Source: an uncultured Spirochaetota bacterium (GTDB lineage: Bacteria; Spirochaetota; Spirochaetia; SZUA-6; Fen-1364). From it: a DNA stretch of 64,000 bases. A model generated the notes under the pieces. It had not been told where the DNA came from. It worked only from the letters and a program-made list of their open reading frames with translations, and searched no databases. Below, in pieces: positions 1-9,804 of this stretch (position 1 is its first letter; every line of letters begins with the position of its first letter). The DNA lies in NCBI GenBank assembly GCA_963781885.1, contig CAWAHW010000006.1, forward strand, positions 128,001-192,000, written 5' to 3'. The position numbers were made by a program, and so were the translations under genes.

Positions 1-1
1 G

Positions 2-220
2 ATCGACTATGATGGCTCGATGCTGTCCGTCTACGCCGTCAACTCGGCGACGACGTCGAAACCTTCGCTTCCCACCCTCACGTACCATTTCGACGCGGCA
101 TCCATCCTGAGTGGGGTCGGCACCTGGGTCGGCTTCACCGCCGCCGGTGGAAGCTCGTGGGAAGAGACGAACATCCTCAACTGGTCGTTCTACAACTACA
201 ACAATCCCTACGGCTCTTAG
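2..220 (+). CDS. 3' end of a protein with an L-type (legume) lectin-like domain; runs off the window start
   Basis: Open frame from base 2 (IDYDGSMLSVY...) ending WVGFTAAGGSSWEETNILNWSF, the typical C-terminal signature of legume-lectin beta-sandwich domains. Confidence 0.65.
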   Translation: MDYDGSMLSVYAVNSATTSKPSLPTLTYHFDAASILSGVGTWVGFTAAGGSSWEETNILNWSFYNYNNPYGS

Positions 221-272
221 AAAGGGGTTTCGCGCCCGTCTTGCCGCCGTCCGGGCAAGGCACCGGCGGGTG

Positions 273-1451
273 TCAGAACTTTCGGATCGTCCGTTCGAAA
301 CCGGGAAGCGATCTTTCGATCACGGCCGTGTCCACACAGTAGGCAATGCGGAAATAGCCCGGCGCGCTGAATCCCCGGCCCGGCACCACGAGGATCAACT
401 CTTCCTGCAGGGCGCGCACAAAGGCGAGGTCATCGCCGCCCGGGGCGCGGGGGAAGATGTAGAAGGCGCCCTGGGGCACCTCCAGCTTGTAGCCCATCGC
501 GCGAAGGGCGGCGCAGAAAAGGTCGCGCTTGCGCCGGTAGATCTCCACGTCCACGGCCGCACCCTGGAGGGACGCCACGGCGCGCTGCATGAGCGCGGGT
601 GCGTTCACGTAGCCGAGGATGCGCGTGCACAGGACAACGCCGTCCACCAGACGCTGGCTGTCGTCCGCCGCCGGGTTGACCGCGGCGAAGCCGATGCGCT
701 CCCCGGGCAGCGAAAGGTCCTTCGAATACGACGTGACAACCACCGTGTGCGGGTAGAGCGCGAGGATGCCGGGCACGACGGCCCCGTCATACGCGAGCTT
801 CCGATAGGGCTCGTCGGCGATGAGGTAGATCGTGCGCCCGATCCTCCTGCCCGCGGCCAGGAGCATGCCGGCGAGCGCCGCGAGTGTCTCTGCGGGATAG
901 ATGCGGCCGGTCGGGTTGTTCGGCGAGTTGACGATCACCGCCGCGGTGCGCGCCGTGATGCGGCTCTCAATGGCCGCGATATCGAGGTCGAAATCGGCGG
1001 CCGTGGGCGCGAGCACGAGCGAGCCGCCGTGGTTGTCGACGTAGGAGACGTACTCCATGAAGCAGGGAATGCTTGCGATCACTTCGTCACCGGGATCGAG
1101 CAAGGTCTTCAGCACCGCGTTCATGGCGCCGCTTGCCCCGCAGGACATCACGACGTGGCCGCCGTCCATCCGCACGCCCTGCTCGCGCGACACCTGCGCG
1201 GCGACCGCGGCGCGCACCTCGGGGAAGCCCGCGTTGGGCATGTAGCCGTGCTTGCGCGCCATCGGCGTGGCGACCAGCTCCGTCAGGACGCGCTGGAAGG
1301 CTGCCGGCGGCTCGACATCGGGATTCCCGAGGCTGAAGTCACAGACTTTCTCCGCGCCGTGCGCGGCGCGCAGCGTATTGCCCGCCTCGAACATCCTCCG
1401 TATCCAGGAGGAGCTCTCGATGGAGTCGCGTATCTTCTTACTGACCGCCAT
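273..1451 (-). CDS. PLP-dependent aminotransferase class I/II (aspartate aminotransferase-like)
   Basis: Motifs DFSLGNPD, NSPNNPTG, DEPY, SYSKDLSLPGERIG; start MAVSKKI overlaps the hisC stop. Confidence 0.9.
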   Translation of the reverse strand: MAVSKKIRDSIESSSWIRRMFEAGNTLRAAHGAEKVCDFSLGNPDVEPPAAFQRVLTELVATPMARKHGYMPNAGFPEVRAAVAAQVSREQGVRMDGGHVVMSCGASGAMNAVLKTLLDPGDEVIASIPCFMEYVSYVDNHGGSLVLAPTAADFDLDIAAIESRITARTAAVIVNSPNNPTGRIYPAETLAALAGMLLAAGRRIGRTIYLIADEPYRKLAYDGAVVPGILALYPHTVVVTSYSKDLSLPGERIGFAAVNPAADDSQRLVDGVVLCTRILGYVNAPALMQRAVASLQGAAVDVEIYRRKRDLFCAALRAMGYKLEVPQGAFYIFPRAPGGDDLAFVRALQEELILVVPGRGFSAPGYFRIAYCVDTAVIERSLPGFERTIRKF

Positions 1452-2529
1452 GGCATTCTTCTCCGATCGCGCGCAGGAGCGCGTCCATGTCACCGTCGGC
1501 GCCGATGCTGATGCGAAGCCCGTCGGATACGGGTCCCGTCTTCCAGTGCCGCACCAGAAAGCCGCGGCGCAGGAGGCCGTCGTACAGGCGCCCGGCGTCG
1601 CTGCCGGCGGGCGGCACGGCGAAGAGGAAGTTCGCCCGCGAAGGAAGGACCCGAAAACCCCTTTCGGCAAGAGCCGCGCTGAAGCGGCCGCGGGTGGCGA
1701 GTATCGCGTCCCGCGTCTTTCGAAAATAGGCCTGGTCGTCGAGCGCGGCATCGGCGGCGATCTGCGCGAGCCCGCTCACATTGTAGCTGTCCTTCGTCTT
1801 CATCATCTCGCGGATGATGGCCTCATGGGCGAAGGCGAAGCCGACGCGCATTCCCGCGAGCGAATAGGCCTTTGACATCGTGCGCACGACGATGAGACGC
1901 GGGGAAGAGGCCAGGAGCGGCAGGCTTGATTCGGCAGCGAAGTCCACGTAGGCCTCGTCGGCCACCACGATGCCGTCGAAACGCTCCAGGAGGCGCGCCA
2001 CCCACGCGGTGGGAAAGCCCACGCCGTACGGCGAGTTGGGCGAAGACAGGAAGAAAATGCGGGCCTTCGGTGAGGGCACGGGGATGCCGCTCATGTCCGC
2101 GTCATTTTCCACCCGGGGGAGCGGGACGGCCGCCGTCCGCGCGTCCGCGAGCGTCGCGAGCACCGGATAGAGGGAATACGACGGGCTGAAATAGGCGATG
2201 GCATCGCCCTGGTTCACGAACGTGCGCATGAGCAGGGAAAGGATTTCGTCCGAGCCGTTGCCGCACAGGATCTGCGACGCTTCCACGCCGTACAGGGAGG
2301 CAGCGCGTTCGCGCAGGGCGCCCGCGTCAGGACTGGGGTACAGCCGCAACGTGCCTTCCGTCGCGTCGCGCAGCGCGGCGAGCACCCGCGGGGAAGGCGG
2401 GAAGGGGTTCTCATTCGTATTCAGCTTCACGAGGCGCTCGCCCGGTTTCGGCTGCAGGCCGGGAACGTAGCCGTCCATTTTCCGTACCGTCTTGCGGACG
2501 AAACCGAGGGCCTTCTCGACTTGGCTCAT
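1438..2529 (-). CDS. hisC: Histidinol-phosphate aminotransferase
   Basis: KLNTNENPFPPSP, GNGSDE, DEAYVDF, RTMSKAYSLAGMRVG motifs; start taken at MSQVEK. Confidence 0.9.
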   Translation of the reverse strand: MSQVEKALGFVRKTVRKMDGYVPGLQPKPGERLVKLNTNENPFPPSPRVLAALRDATEGTLRLYPSPDAGALRERAASLYGVEASQILCGNGSDEILSLLMRTFVNQGDAIAYFSPSYSLYPVLATLADARTAAVPLPRVENDADMSGIPVPSPKARIFFLSSPNSPYGVGFPTAWVARLLERFDGIVVADEAYVDFAAESSLPLLASSPRLIVVRTMSKAYSLAGMRVGFAFAHEAIIREMMKTKDSYNVSGLAQIAADAALDDQAYFRKTRDAILATRGRFSAALAERGFRVLPSRANFLFAVPPAGSDAGRLYDGLLRRGFLVRHWKTGPVSDGLRISIGADGDMDALLRAIGEECHGGQ

Positions 2530-2593
2530 GCAGGGAGTGTAGCAGAACGGGCGGGGCGGCAACAAGAAGCAGCCGCGCGGCGTTTCAATGGAC

Positions 2594-2622
2594 TTGACTT
2601 CGCCTGCTTTTCTTCCTATATC
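2594..2622 (+). promoter_or_regulatory. Putative sigma70 promoter for the IscA/HesB gene
   Basis: TTGACT (2594-2599), 17-bp spacer, TATATC (2617-2622); ATG at 2629. Confidence 0.45.
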
Positions 2623-2628
2623 TCCATT

Positions 2629-3018
2629 ATGGCGATTATGGTTTCTGACAAGGCAGCAGGACAGCTTTCGACGATCCTCTCGGAGCAGGGAAAGCCCGGG
2701 GCATGTCTTCGGGTCTGGGTCGCGGGTCTTGGTTGCTCGGGTTACCGCTACGGCATGGGCATCGACGAAAAGGAGCCCGAAGAGGGCGACCAGATATTCG
2801 AATCGCACGGGATACGCATCCTCGTGGATCCGCAGAGCCTCTCCTATATGGACGGCGCCTTGGTGAACTGGGTGGACGAGCCGGACAACAGCGGCTTTGC
2901 CATCGACAATCCCAACCCCGCGCCGGAGAAGGAATGCGACTGCGCCGGCGGATGCGCAACCGGCGCCCACGCTCACGGCGACCACGTGCACGCTGAGGAA
3001 GGCGAAGACCGTTGCTGA
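2629..3018 (+). CDS. Iron-sulfur cluster assembly accessory protein (IscA/HesB family) with His-rich tail
   Basis: LRVWVAGLGCSGYRYGM, ILVDPQSLSYMDG, GFAIDNPN, C-terminal CDC. Confidence 0.85.
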   Translation: MAIMVSDKAAGQLSTILSEQGKPGACLRVWVAGLGCSGYRYGMGIDEKEPEEGDQIFESHGIRILVDPQSLSYMDGALVNWVDEPDNSGFAIDNPNPAPEKECDCAGGCATGAHAHGDHVHAEEGEDRC

Positions 3019-3073
3019 CCTGACGCTGCGGCGGCACGCCGCGGTCATCTGCCGAAAAGCGTACTCTGCCCGG

Positions 3074-3547
3074 TCAGAATGCCATCATCTCGGAAAGCTT
3101 GTGTATGTGGCCTTCCTCTTCCGCGATGATTGCCATGATGTCGCGGGCAATGGGTTCCGCGCCCGGCAGGGCTGAAAGAGCCTTGTAGAGATCGATACTC
3201 TTCTTTTCCATCGCCGCGCCGAAGCTCAATGCGTCGTGACTCGATGAAATGGCATCCGAGGCGAGCAGCTGTTCCAGGGGAACGACGATATCATGCTGCA
3301 GCATCTTCTCCAGGCCTGCGCCCGGCTTGCTCGACACGGACTTTCCCTTCTTCTTCAGCATCTCCTGAAAGAGCGCCTTGTGGCGCGCCTCCTCTTCCCG
3401 GAGGAACCTGACCTCGTTCTTGACCCTGCGCTCGGGGCTCTTCTCGATGAAGGCCGAATAGAAGTCGTAACCCTTCTGCTCCAGGACCACCGCCATCGCC
3501 AGCAGCTCCTCCACCTTGAAGCCCGTGAGGTCCCATTCCTCCGCCAT
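3074..3547 (-). CDS. Ferritin-like / rubrerythrin-family protein
   Basis: Two E..(G/S)..(F/L)Y plus EExxH diiron half-sites (EEARH, EEEGH); RBS GGAGG before MAEEW. Confidence 0.8.
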   Translation of the reverse strand: MAEEWDLTGFKVEELLAMAVVLEQKGYDFYSAFIEKSPERRVKNEVRFLREEEARHKALFQEMLKKKGKSVSSKPGAGLEKMLQHDIVVPLEQLLASDAISSSHDALSFGAAMEKKSIDLYKALSALPGAEPIARDIMAIIAEEEGHIHKLSEMMAF

Positions 3548-3681
3548 CACATCCTCCTTCATCATTTCAACACTCCGCAAACTGTGGACCCGCGCCGGGC
3601 ATTTGGCAAGGAATTGTTGCGCAAAAAGCATCCAAACCGGCCTCTCCGGTGTAGTACCTTCATGTGAGAAGGGGTGCGGTG

Positions 3682-4704
3682 ATGAAGACAGACCAGGAGA
3701 CCTTGCAGAGCGTCGAGTCGAGCGACGAATCGTGCATGCGCGCCCTCGGCCGGCGCCAGTCGGATGGGCTTCAGCCGCTTTTCTCCCGCTACGCGCCCCT
3801 TGTCTTCCACATCGCCTCGGAAAGCCTCGGACCGGCCGCCGCGGAAGACATCGTCCAGGACATCTTTCTCACCGTCTGGAGAAAGGCCGACACCTTCGAT
3901 CCCCGTCGCGGCGCGTTCCGCCCGTGGCTCATGCAGATCACGCACCACCGGATCCTCAATGAGCTGCGCACCCGCAGCCGGCGACCCCTGATCGACGCCG
4001 AATCGGGAGTGGAGGAGGTGGAGCGACTTCCCGACGCGCGCTCGGAGCCGGCGGAGGCCGCCTGGCAGGCGTATCGGCGCGGTGCGGTGCGCGCGGCGGT
4101 CGAGCGGCTTCCCCCTTCGCAGCGCCAGGCGCTCAGTCTTGCCTTTTTCGAGGAGCTCACGCACGACCAGGTCGCCGCTGCGCTGAACCTGCCGCTTGGA
4201 ACGGTGAAGGCGAGGATACGCGCGGGGCTGGGGAAGCTGCGCTACATTCTGGCGCCGCTGGGGGTGGCGGCCGTCGCCGTCGCCGTGCTGGCGGGCTATG
4301 GACTGCGCGTGCACGCGCAGCGGGTGCTCGCGCAGAGAAACGACCGCGCCCTGTCAATGGCGACGATGAGCGACGTCACGATCCTCCACGTGCCCGCCGC
4401 GCCCGGCGTCACGGGCGGCACCCATGGTTCTTATCGATACCGGCCGAAGTCGAACATCGGCGTGTTTGCGCTGCACGAGTTCCCCGCCGCGCCGGCGGGA
4501 AGGACGTACCAGGGATGGGCGCGGAGCAATGGGAGTTGGATCTCCATGGGCACGGCGAAGCCCGATTCCGAAGGGGACGCGCTGCTCGTGGCGGAAAACC
4601 CCGCGGTCACGGAGCCGCCGGAGGCGGTGAAGGTCACCGTGGAGCCCGCGGGCGGCAGCAGCCAACCCACGGGTCCCGCCGTCATCCTCTGGGAAGGAAA
4701 ATAG
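3682..4704 (+). CDS. ECF sigma factor (SigK-like) fused through a TM helix to an RskA-like extracytoplasmic domain
   Basis: Region 2 (AEDIVQDIFLTVW, FRPWL), region 4 (LPPSQRQAL...LPLGTVKARIRAGL), TM LAPLGVAAVAVAVLAGY, then RskA C-terminal motifs GRTYQGW and VTVEPAGGSSQPTGP. Confidence 0.8.
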   Translation: MKTDQETLQSVESSDESCMRALGRRQSDGLQPLFSRYAPLVFHIASESLGPAAAEDIVQDIFLTVWRKADTFDPRRGAFRPWLMQITHHRILNELRTRSRRPLIDAESGVEEVERLPDARSEPAEAAWQAYRRGAVRAAVERLPPSQRQALSLAFFEELTHDQVAAALNLPLGTVKARIRAGLGKLRYILAPLGVAAVAVAVLAGYGLRVHAQRVLAQRNDRALSMATMSDVTILHVPAAPGVTGGTHGSYRYRPKSNIGVFALHEFPAAPAGRTYQGWARSNGSWISMGTAKPDSEGDALLVAENPAVTEPPEAVKVTVEPAGGSSQPTGPAVILWEGK

Positions 4705-4731
4705 CACCCGCCGCGGCGCGGCGGGTCGCTC

Positions 4732-5373
4732 CTACGTCAGCGAGAAGGGCGGATAGAGGTCCGTCACCAGGAGAAACGCGTACGATGTGGCCCGCAGCGA
4801 CCAGCGCCCGACGCCCACGACGAACGTGAAGAAGCCCCGCGGATAGCGCCCCGTGAAGAGAATGGCAAACCAGGAGATCACGACGCAGAAGGCCGCCGCG
4901 ATCCCGAGGAAGAACAGGATGAACCAGTGGGGGATGGCGAGGAACCATTTCACCAGGGGCATGCCCCGCTTCAGATCCTTGCCGGCATCCGGGTAGGAGA
5001 AGCCGATGTGCACGGCCTGCTCGCGCTCGGTGGAGGGGAACTCATCGGTGAGCAGGGCCGCGTAGGCGCCGACCCGCCCGGCGAATCTCGTGAGGTTGAG
5101 GTTCCAGTCGAACCACCAGCGCGGGTACTTCCGGCGGAAGAGGATCATGAGGAGCACGGGCACGAACAACACCGTGCCGGAGACGAAAAGGATCCTCCAG
5201 GCATTGGCCACCCACGCGTGCTCGCCGATTCCCCACCCCCATGCCGGGCCTGCGAGCAGGGCCAGCATGACGGCGGGCGGGATGATCGTGATGAAACGGA
5301 AAAAGGAGGTGAGCCGGTTGAGCGCCCTGTCGGGGTAGTCCACCTCGAAGGTTACGGGATAGGTATCGGCCAT
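4732..5373 (-). CDS. DUF4389-like membrane protein
   Basis: Two internal repeats ending ILF.(R/G)(K/R)YPR..F and LL.TD.(F/Y)P. Confidence 0.75.
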   Translation of the reverse strand: MADTYPVTFEVDYPDRALNRLTSFFRFITIIPPAVMLALLAGPAWGWGIGEHAWVANAWRILFVSGTVLFVPVLLMILFRRKYPRWWFDWNLNLTRFAGRVGAYAALLTDEFPSTEREQAVHIGFSYPDAGKDLKRGMPLVKWFLAIPHWFILFFLGIAAAFCVVISWFAILFTGRYPRGFFTFVVGVGRWSLRATSYAFLLVTDLYPPFSLT

Positions 5374-5468
5374 GTCGCCACTCCTTGCATCCAGGATGGG
5401 CAGATTCTAACCCCCGCGTAACGGATCGGCAATCCTGCGGCCGCATCCCGGTTCGGCGAAGGCCGCTC

Positions 5469-6551
5469 TCATCGACGATCCTTGCGGAAGCTCTTCGCGT
5501 ACTTCGCGCGAGCCTTCAGCATCTGCCGCTGCTCCGCCTGCGCCCGCACGTCGTCGCGCGTGAGCAGGTAGGTGAGCTCCCGCTGCTGCTTCCTCCAGCC
5601 CTGGTAGCGCTCTTCGGTGAGCGTCCCTTGCTCCCGCGCGGCCTGCACCGCGCAGCCGGGCTCCGCGGCGTGCGTGCAGTCGGAGAACCGGCACGCGTGC
5701 GCGAGCTCGTCGATGTCGGAGAAGGACGCCGCCAGGTCCTCCTCTGTGCCGTAGAGACCGACCTCCCGCATTCCCGGGTTGTCGATGAGCAGCGCGCCGG
5801 ACGGGATGACCACCAGCTCCCGGTGCGTCGTCGTATGCCGTCCCCTGCTGTCGTCGGCGCGCACCGCCGCGGTTGCCATGTGCGCGCTGCCCAGGAGCCG
5901 GTTGATGAGCGTGGACTTGCCGACGCCGGATGAGCCCAGCAGGGCCGCGGTCCGGCCGGGCAGAAGCGCTCCCTGAAGCGCCTCCATGCCCATGCCCGTC
6001 TCCGCGCTCACGGCGAGCACGGGCGCGCCGATGGCCGCCGCCTCGGTCTCCGCGACGCGCGCGGAGAGCTCCGCGCACAGGTCGGCCTTGTTGAGGGCGA
6101 CGACAGGCTGCGCGCCGCTGCCCCACGCGAGCGTGAGGTAGCGCTCCAGCCGGCGAAGGTTGAAGTCGTGATCCAATGCCATGACGATGAGCGCCGTATC
6201 GATGTTCGCCGCCACGACCTGCCGCTGCGGCATACTGGGCGCACCGGACCCCTGCGCAGCCCTACGCACGAACGCGCTCGACCGGGGAAGCAGGGCGTGG
6301 ACCGTTGCCCGTCCGTCCTCCGGCCGCGGCGTGACGGCGACCCAGTCGCCCACGACGGGGAAATCGGATTTCTCCACCGTCTCATGGCGATAGCGGCCCG
6401 ACACCTCCGCGCGCAGCTCGCCTTGCGGACCGGTGACGGTGCACAGCTCGCGCTGCCCGACGATCACGCGCGCGGGCACGAGGCCCGTACCCGAATACGA
6501 TTCGAACTCCTGTGCGAAACGGCTGTTCCAGCCGAGTGATGCAAGCTCCAA
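5469..6551 (-). CDS. rsgA: Ribosome small subunit-dependent GTPase A
   Basis: VVGDWV, NKADL, GSSGVGKSTLIN, GRHTTT, DNPGMRE, zinc finger CRFSDCTHAAEPGC; TTG start after GGAGG. Confidence 0.92.
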   Translation of the reverse strand: MELASLGWNSRFAQEFESYSGTGLVPARVIVGQRELCTVTGPQGELRAEVSGRYRHETVEKSDFPVVGDWVAVTPRPEDGRATVHALLPRSSAFVRRAAQGSGAPSMPQRQVVAANIDTALIVMALDHDFNLRRLERYLTLAWGSGAQPVVALNKADLCAELSARVAETEAAAIGAPVLAVSAETGMGMEALQGALLPGRTAALLGSSGVGKSTLINRLLGSAHMATAAVRADDSRGRHTTTHRELVVIPSGALLIDNPGMREVGLYGTEEDLAASFSDIDELAHACRFSDCTHAAEPGCAVQAAREQGTLTEERYQGWRKQQRELTYLLTRDDVRAQAEQRQMLKARAKYAKSFRKDRR

Positions 6552-6717
6552 TGGTTTTTCCTCCGTGTTCGCAGCGGCACGGCGCGCGGACGCGCGTCTG
6601 CCGGACACTGCGGTCGTGCCACGGCGGAAAGAGGAGCCTCGGCGTTTTGCGGAAAGGGAGGACTACCTCGATCCGCCCCGGGGGGACGTGTGTGTGAAGA
6701 AGGTGCGGGCAATCATA

Positions 6718-8088
6718 TTACGGTGTCCTCCTCTGCAGTTGATTTTGACTTTCGGCAGACACTACCGCCGTGGGACGGAACGTGTCAAGCGCGCCGTGCA
6801 CCGCGGCAAGCGCGTCCTCCAGAAAGCCCGACAGTCCCAGGACGACGCTGTCCCACGCGCGGCGGACAAAGCCGGCGGCGTCCACGCTCGTCGTGGCAAG
6901 CAGGGGGATCCGCGCAATTTCTCCCGCGGGCGACGAGTAGACGAGCTCGCCCACCGTCTGGCCCTTGTAGACAGGGGCGACAAGCGGCGAACGGCTCAGC
7001 ATGGAGTAGGTGAGACCGGCCATTTCGTCGTCGCGCACGGTGAGCTGGAGGGGATTTGCCGGCGCCACGGCCACTCCCTTTGCCGTTCCCTTCCAGACGC
7101 GGACGGGCGGAAGCGTGGGGGTGTCCAGCGATACGGTGGTATAGGTGCGAAAGCCGTAGGAAAGAAGGGCAAGGGCGTCCTGCGCCCTTTTCATCATGCC
7201 TTCCGGCAGCGTGAGCCCCGCGACCCCGAGCAGCACGGCAACGACGCGGGTGGAGCCCTGGCGCGCGGTGATGGCCGCGGTGAAGTCCTCATCGTCCAGC
7301 CGGCCCGTCTTCAGGCCGTCCACGCCGACCCCCCACCAGACGAGGTTGTTGGCGTTGTACTGCTTTTTCACCGGGTCACGGGGCAGGCGCCCGTCCGGCA
7401 TGTTCTGCGCCAGGGGATATTCGAACTCCCGTACGGAATGCAGCTCTTCCAGCGCATCCGGGTGCAGCATGATATAGCGGCGGCAGAAGTCCGCGAACTC
7501 CCGCGCCGTGACGACATTCCCCTCCTCCGCGCCCGCGGGGTCGGTGAAATGCATCCGGGTGTAGCCCATGAAGCGCGCTTCGTCGTTCATCCACTGGACG
7601 AAGGTGCGGATGCTGCCGGCGGCATATTCCGCCAGTGCATTGGCGGCATCATTGCCCGATGCCACCGCCGCCCCTTTCATGAGCTCTTCCACGGTCACGA
7701 TCTGCCCCGGCCCCAGGTGCATGAGGGTGGAGCCCGGTACCTGGTGATCCGCCCACGCATTGGAGGACAGGTACACCACGTCCGTGCGGCGGATCTGCCT
7801 TTCGTCGAGCATGCGCAGCACGATGTGGAGCGTCATGAGCTTGGCAAGGGACGCCGGCACGAAGTCCTGGTCCGCGTTGTACTGGTAGAGGACACGGCCC
7901 GTTGCCTGGTCGATGAGGATGGCCGCGCGCGCCCAGCTCAGGAGCGGCTTGTCCGCCGGCATCCCCGTTGTCTGCACGGGCTGGGCACAGAGACTCCCGC
8001 CCATGGAGGCTGCAAAAACGAGTGCGATGAGCAGGTGACGTGCGAAACGGCGTTTCAGACCTTCCTCCCGTGTCTGAGACCTCGACAT
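6718..8088 (-). CDS. D-alanyl-D-alanine carboxypeptidase (peptidase S11); exact start uncertain
   Basis: PASLAKLMT (SxxK), SGNDA (SxN), GLKTG motifs; N-terminal signal-like segment. Confidence 0.88.
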   Translation of the reverse strand: MSRSQTREEGLKRRFARHLLIALVFAASMGGSLCAQPVQTTGMPADKPLLSWARAAILIDQATGRVLYQYNADQDFVPASLAKLMTLHIVLRMLDERQIRRTDVVYLSSNAWADHQVPGSTLMHLGPGQIVTVEELMKGAAVASGNDAANALAEYAAGSIRTFVQWMNDEARFMGYTRMHFTDPAGAEEGNVVTAREFADFCRRYIMLHPDALEELHSVREFEYPLAQNMPDGRLPRDPVKKQYNANNLVWWGVGVDGLKTGRLDDEDFTAAITARQGSTRVVAVLLGVAGLTLPEGMMKRAQDALALLSYGFRTYTTVSLDTPTLPPVRVWKGTAKGVAVAPANPLQLTVRDDEMAGLTYSMLSRSPLVAPVYKGQTVGELVYSSPAGEIARIPLLATTSVDAAGFVRRAWDSVVLGLSGFLEDALAAVHGALDTFRPTAVVSAESQNQLQRRTP

Positions 8089-8173
8089 TCTGGATGGTGG
8101 TACGCGGCAGGTGACGAGCTGGCCGCAGTATACATCGAACGCCGCGCCTGCGGGAAGCGGCCGTCACTCATCC

Positions 8174-8292
8174 CAGCAGTCTCATTTTGGACCATCCGGA
8201 GCTGACGACCGGGCATTCTTGCCCAAAAATGGCTTATTACCATGGGACAAAATGAGAACTGCATCGTTCGGTTGCCAAACTGAAAATTGCTG
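8174..8292. mobile_element. ~120-bp MITE, intact copy
   Basis: Ends CAGCAGT... and ...AATTGCTG, flanked by an exact 9-bp duplication CACTCATCC (8165-8173, 8293-8301); near-identical inverted copy begins at 10487. Confidence 0.85.
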
Positions 8293-8295
8293 CAC

Positions 8296-9786
8296 TCATC
8301 CGCAGATCCGGCGCACACTGTCCATGTCGAGGTTTTGTGCGACAACGTCCGCCACCCTGTCGATTTCCCGCTCCACGATGGCATGCAAGGGCTCACCCGT
8401 CTCCCGCGCGCGCCACCCGAGTGACGAAAGCCACGCGCGTCTGAAGGCGGGAGCGCCGAACACGCCATGCAGGTACGTGCCCCACACGCGGCCGTCCCGC
8501 GCCGCCGCGCCGTCCGGCGTGCCGTCCTCCCGCGTGAACACGGGCAGCCAGCCGGCGGCAGGGAACGTGCGCCCGCGATGTATCTCATAGCCTGACACCT
8601 CGCGACCGGCGCAGGAGCGGAGGAATCCCGGGCCATCGTTCACGGTGGCGGCCACCTGCCGCACCTCCTTCTCCTCCTCGAAGCTTGTCTCCACGGGGAG
8701 CAGGCCCAGGCCTTCCCGTGTGCCGGCGGCACCTTCACTTCCGCCCTGGTCGTTCACGGCAAGCCCCATCATCTGATAGCCGCCGCAGATGCCCACCACG
8801 ACTCCTCCCTGGTCCGCGTATGCCCGCACGGCGTGGCCGAAGCCCCGGGATGAAAGCCAGGCGAGGTCGGAGAGCGTCGCCTTGCTGCCGGGGATGATGA
8901 GCGCATCCGGCGAACCGAGGTCCCGCACCGAGGAGACGAACCGGACGTGCACACCGGCCTCCATGGCCAGAGGATCACAATCGTCGAAATTGGAAATGTG
9001 CGGCAGGTGGATCACCGCGACGTCCACGCCCCCGGGATCCGGGGAAAGCCCACCGCCGGAGATCATGGCCGCATCCTCCTGCGGCAGGCGCAGATTCTCC
9101 ATGTAGGGAATGACGCCCAGGGTGGGCACGCCGCTTGTGAGCTTCTCCAGCATCTGGAGTCCCGACGCGAGCTGGTCGGGGTCGCCACGGAACCTGTTGA
9201 TCACGAAGCCCTTGACGAGCGCCCGCTCCTCCGGTTCCAGGAGCGCGAGGGTGCCAACGAGCGCGGCAAAGACGCCGCCCCGCTCGATGCTCGCCGCGAG
9301 GAGCACCGGTGCGGAGCAGGCGCGCGCGACGCGCATGTTGACGATCTCTTCCTTCTTGAGGTTGATCTCCACCGGGCTTCCCGCCCCCTCGATAAGGAGG
9401 AGATCGTAACGCGCGCGCTGGCGCTCCAGCGCCTCTTCCACCGCTTTCCAGAGCAGCGGGCGGCATTCCGCCCAGTCATCGGGGCCGATGGATTTCCACG
9501 CCCTGCCGTTCAGCACGACCTGGGTGCGGTTCCCCGTCTCCGGCTTCAGAAGCACGGGATTCATATCGGCGTCGGGCTCCAGGCGGCACGCCTGCGCCTG
9601 CACGGCCTGGGACCTTCCGATTTCCGTTCCGTCGAGGCTCACCGCGGAGCTCAGGGAGAGATTCTGCGCCTTGAACGGCGCCACGCGGATGCCGTCGCGC
9701 GCGAAGATCCGGCAGAGCGCCGTCACGAGCAGGCTCTTGCCTGCCGCCGAGGAGGTGCCCTGGATCATGAGGACGCGTGCGGGCAT
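8296..9786 (-). CDS. cobQ: Cobyric acid synthase
   Basis: GTSSAAGKS, PFKAQN, MNPVLLKP, EGAGSP, ISNFDD, GICGGYQM, GYEIH, GTYLHG. Confidence 0.93.
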   Translation of the reverse strand: MPARVLMIQGTSSAAGKSLLVTALCRIFARDGIRVAPFKAQNLSLSSAVSLDGTEIGRSQAVQAQACRLEPDADMNPVLLKPETGNRTQVVLNGRAWKSIGPDDWAECRPLLWKAVEEALERQRARYDLLLIEGAGSPVEINLKKEEIVNMRVARACSAPVLLAASIERGGVFAALVGTLALLEPEERALVKGFVINRFRGDPDQLASGLQMLEKLTSGVPTLGVIPYMENLRLPQEDAAMISGGGLSPDPGGVDVAVIHLPHISNFDDCDPLAMEAGVHVRFVSSVRDLGSPDALIIPGSKATLSDLAWLSSRGFGHAVRAYADQGGVVVGICGGYQMMGLAVNDQGGSEGAAGTREGLGLLPVETSFEEEKEVRQVAATVNDGPGFLRSCAGREVSGYEIHRGRTFPAAGWLPVFTREDGTPDGAAARDGRVWGTYLHGVFGAPAFRRAWLSSLGWRARETGEPLHAIVEREIDRVADVVAQNLDMDSVRRICG

Positions 9787-9804
9787 CCCGCGTGGCGCCC
9801 TGTG

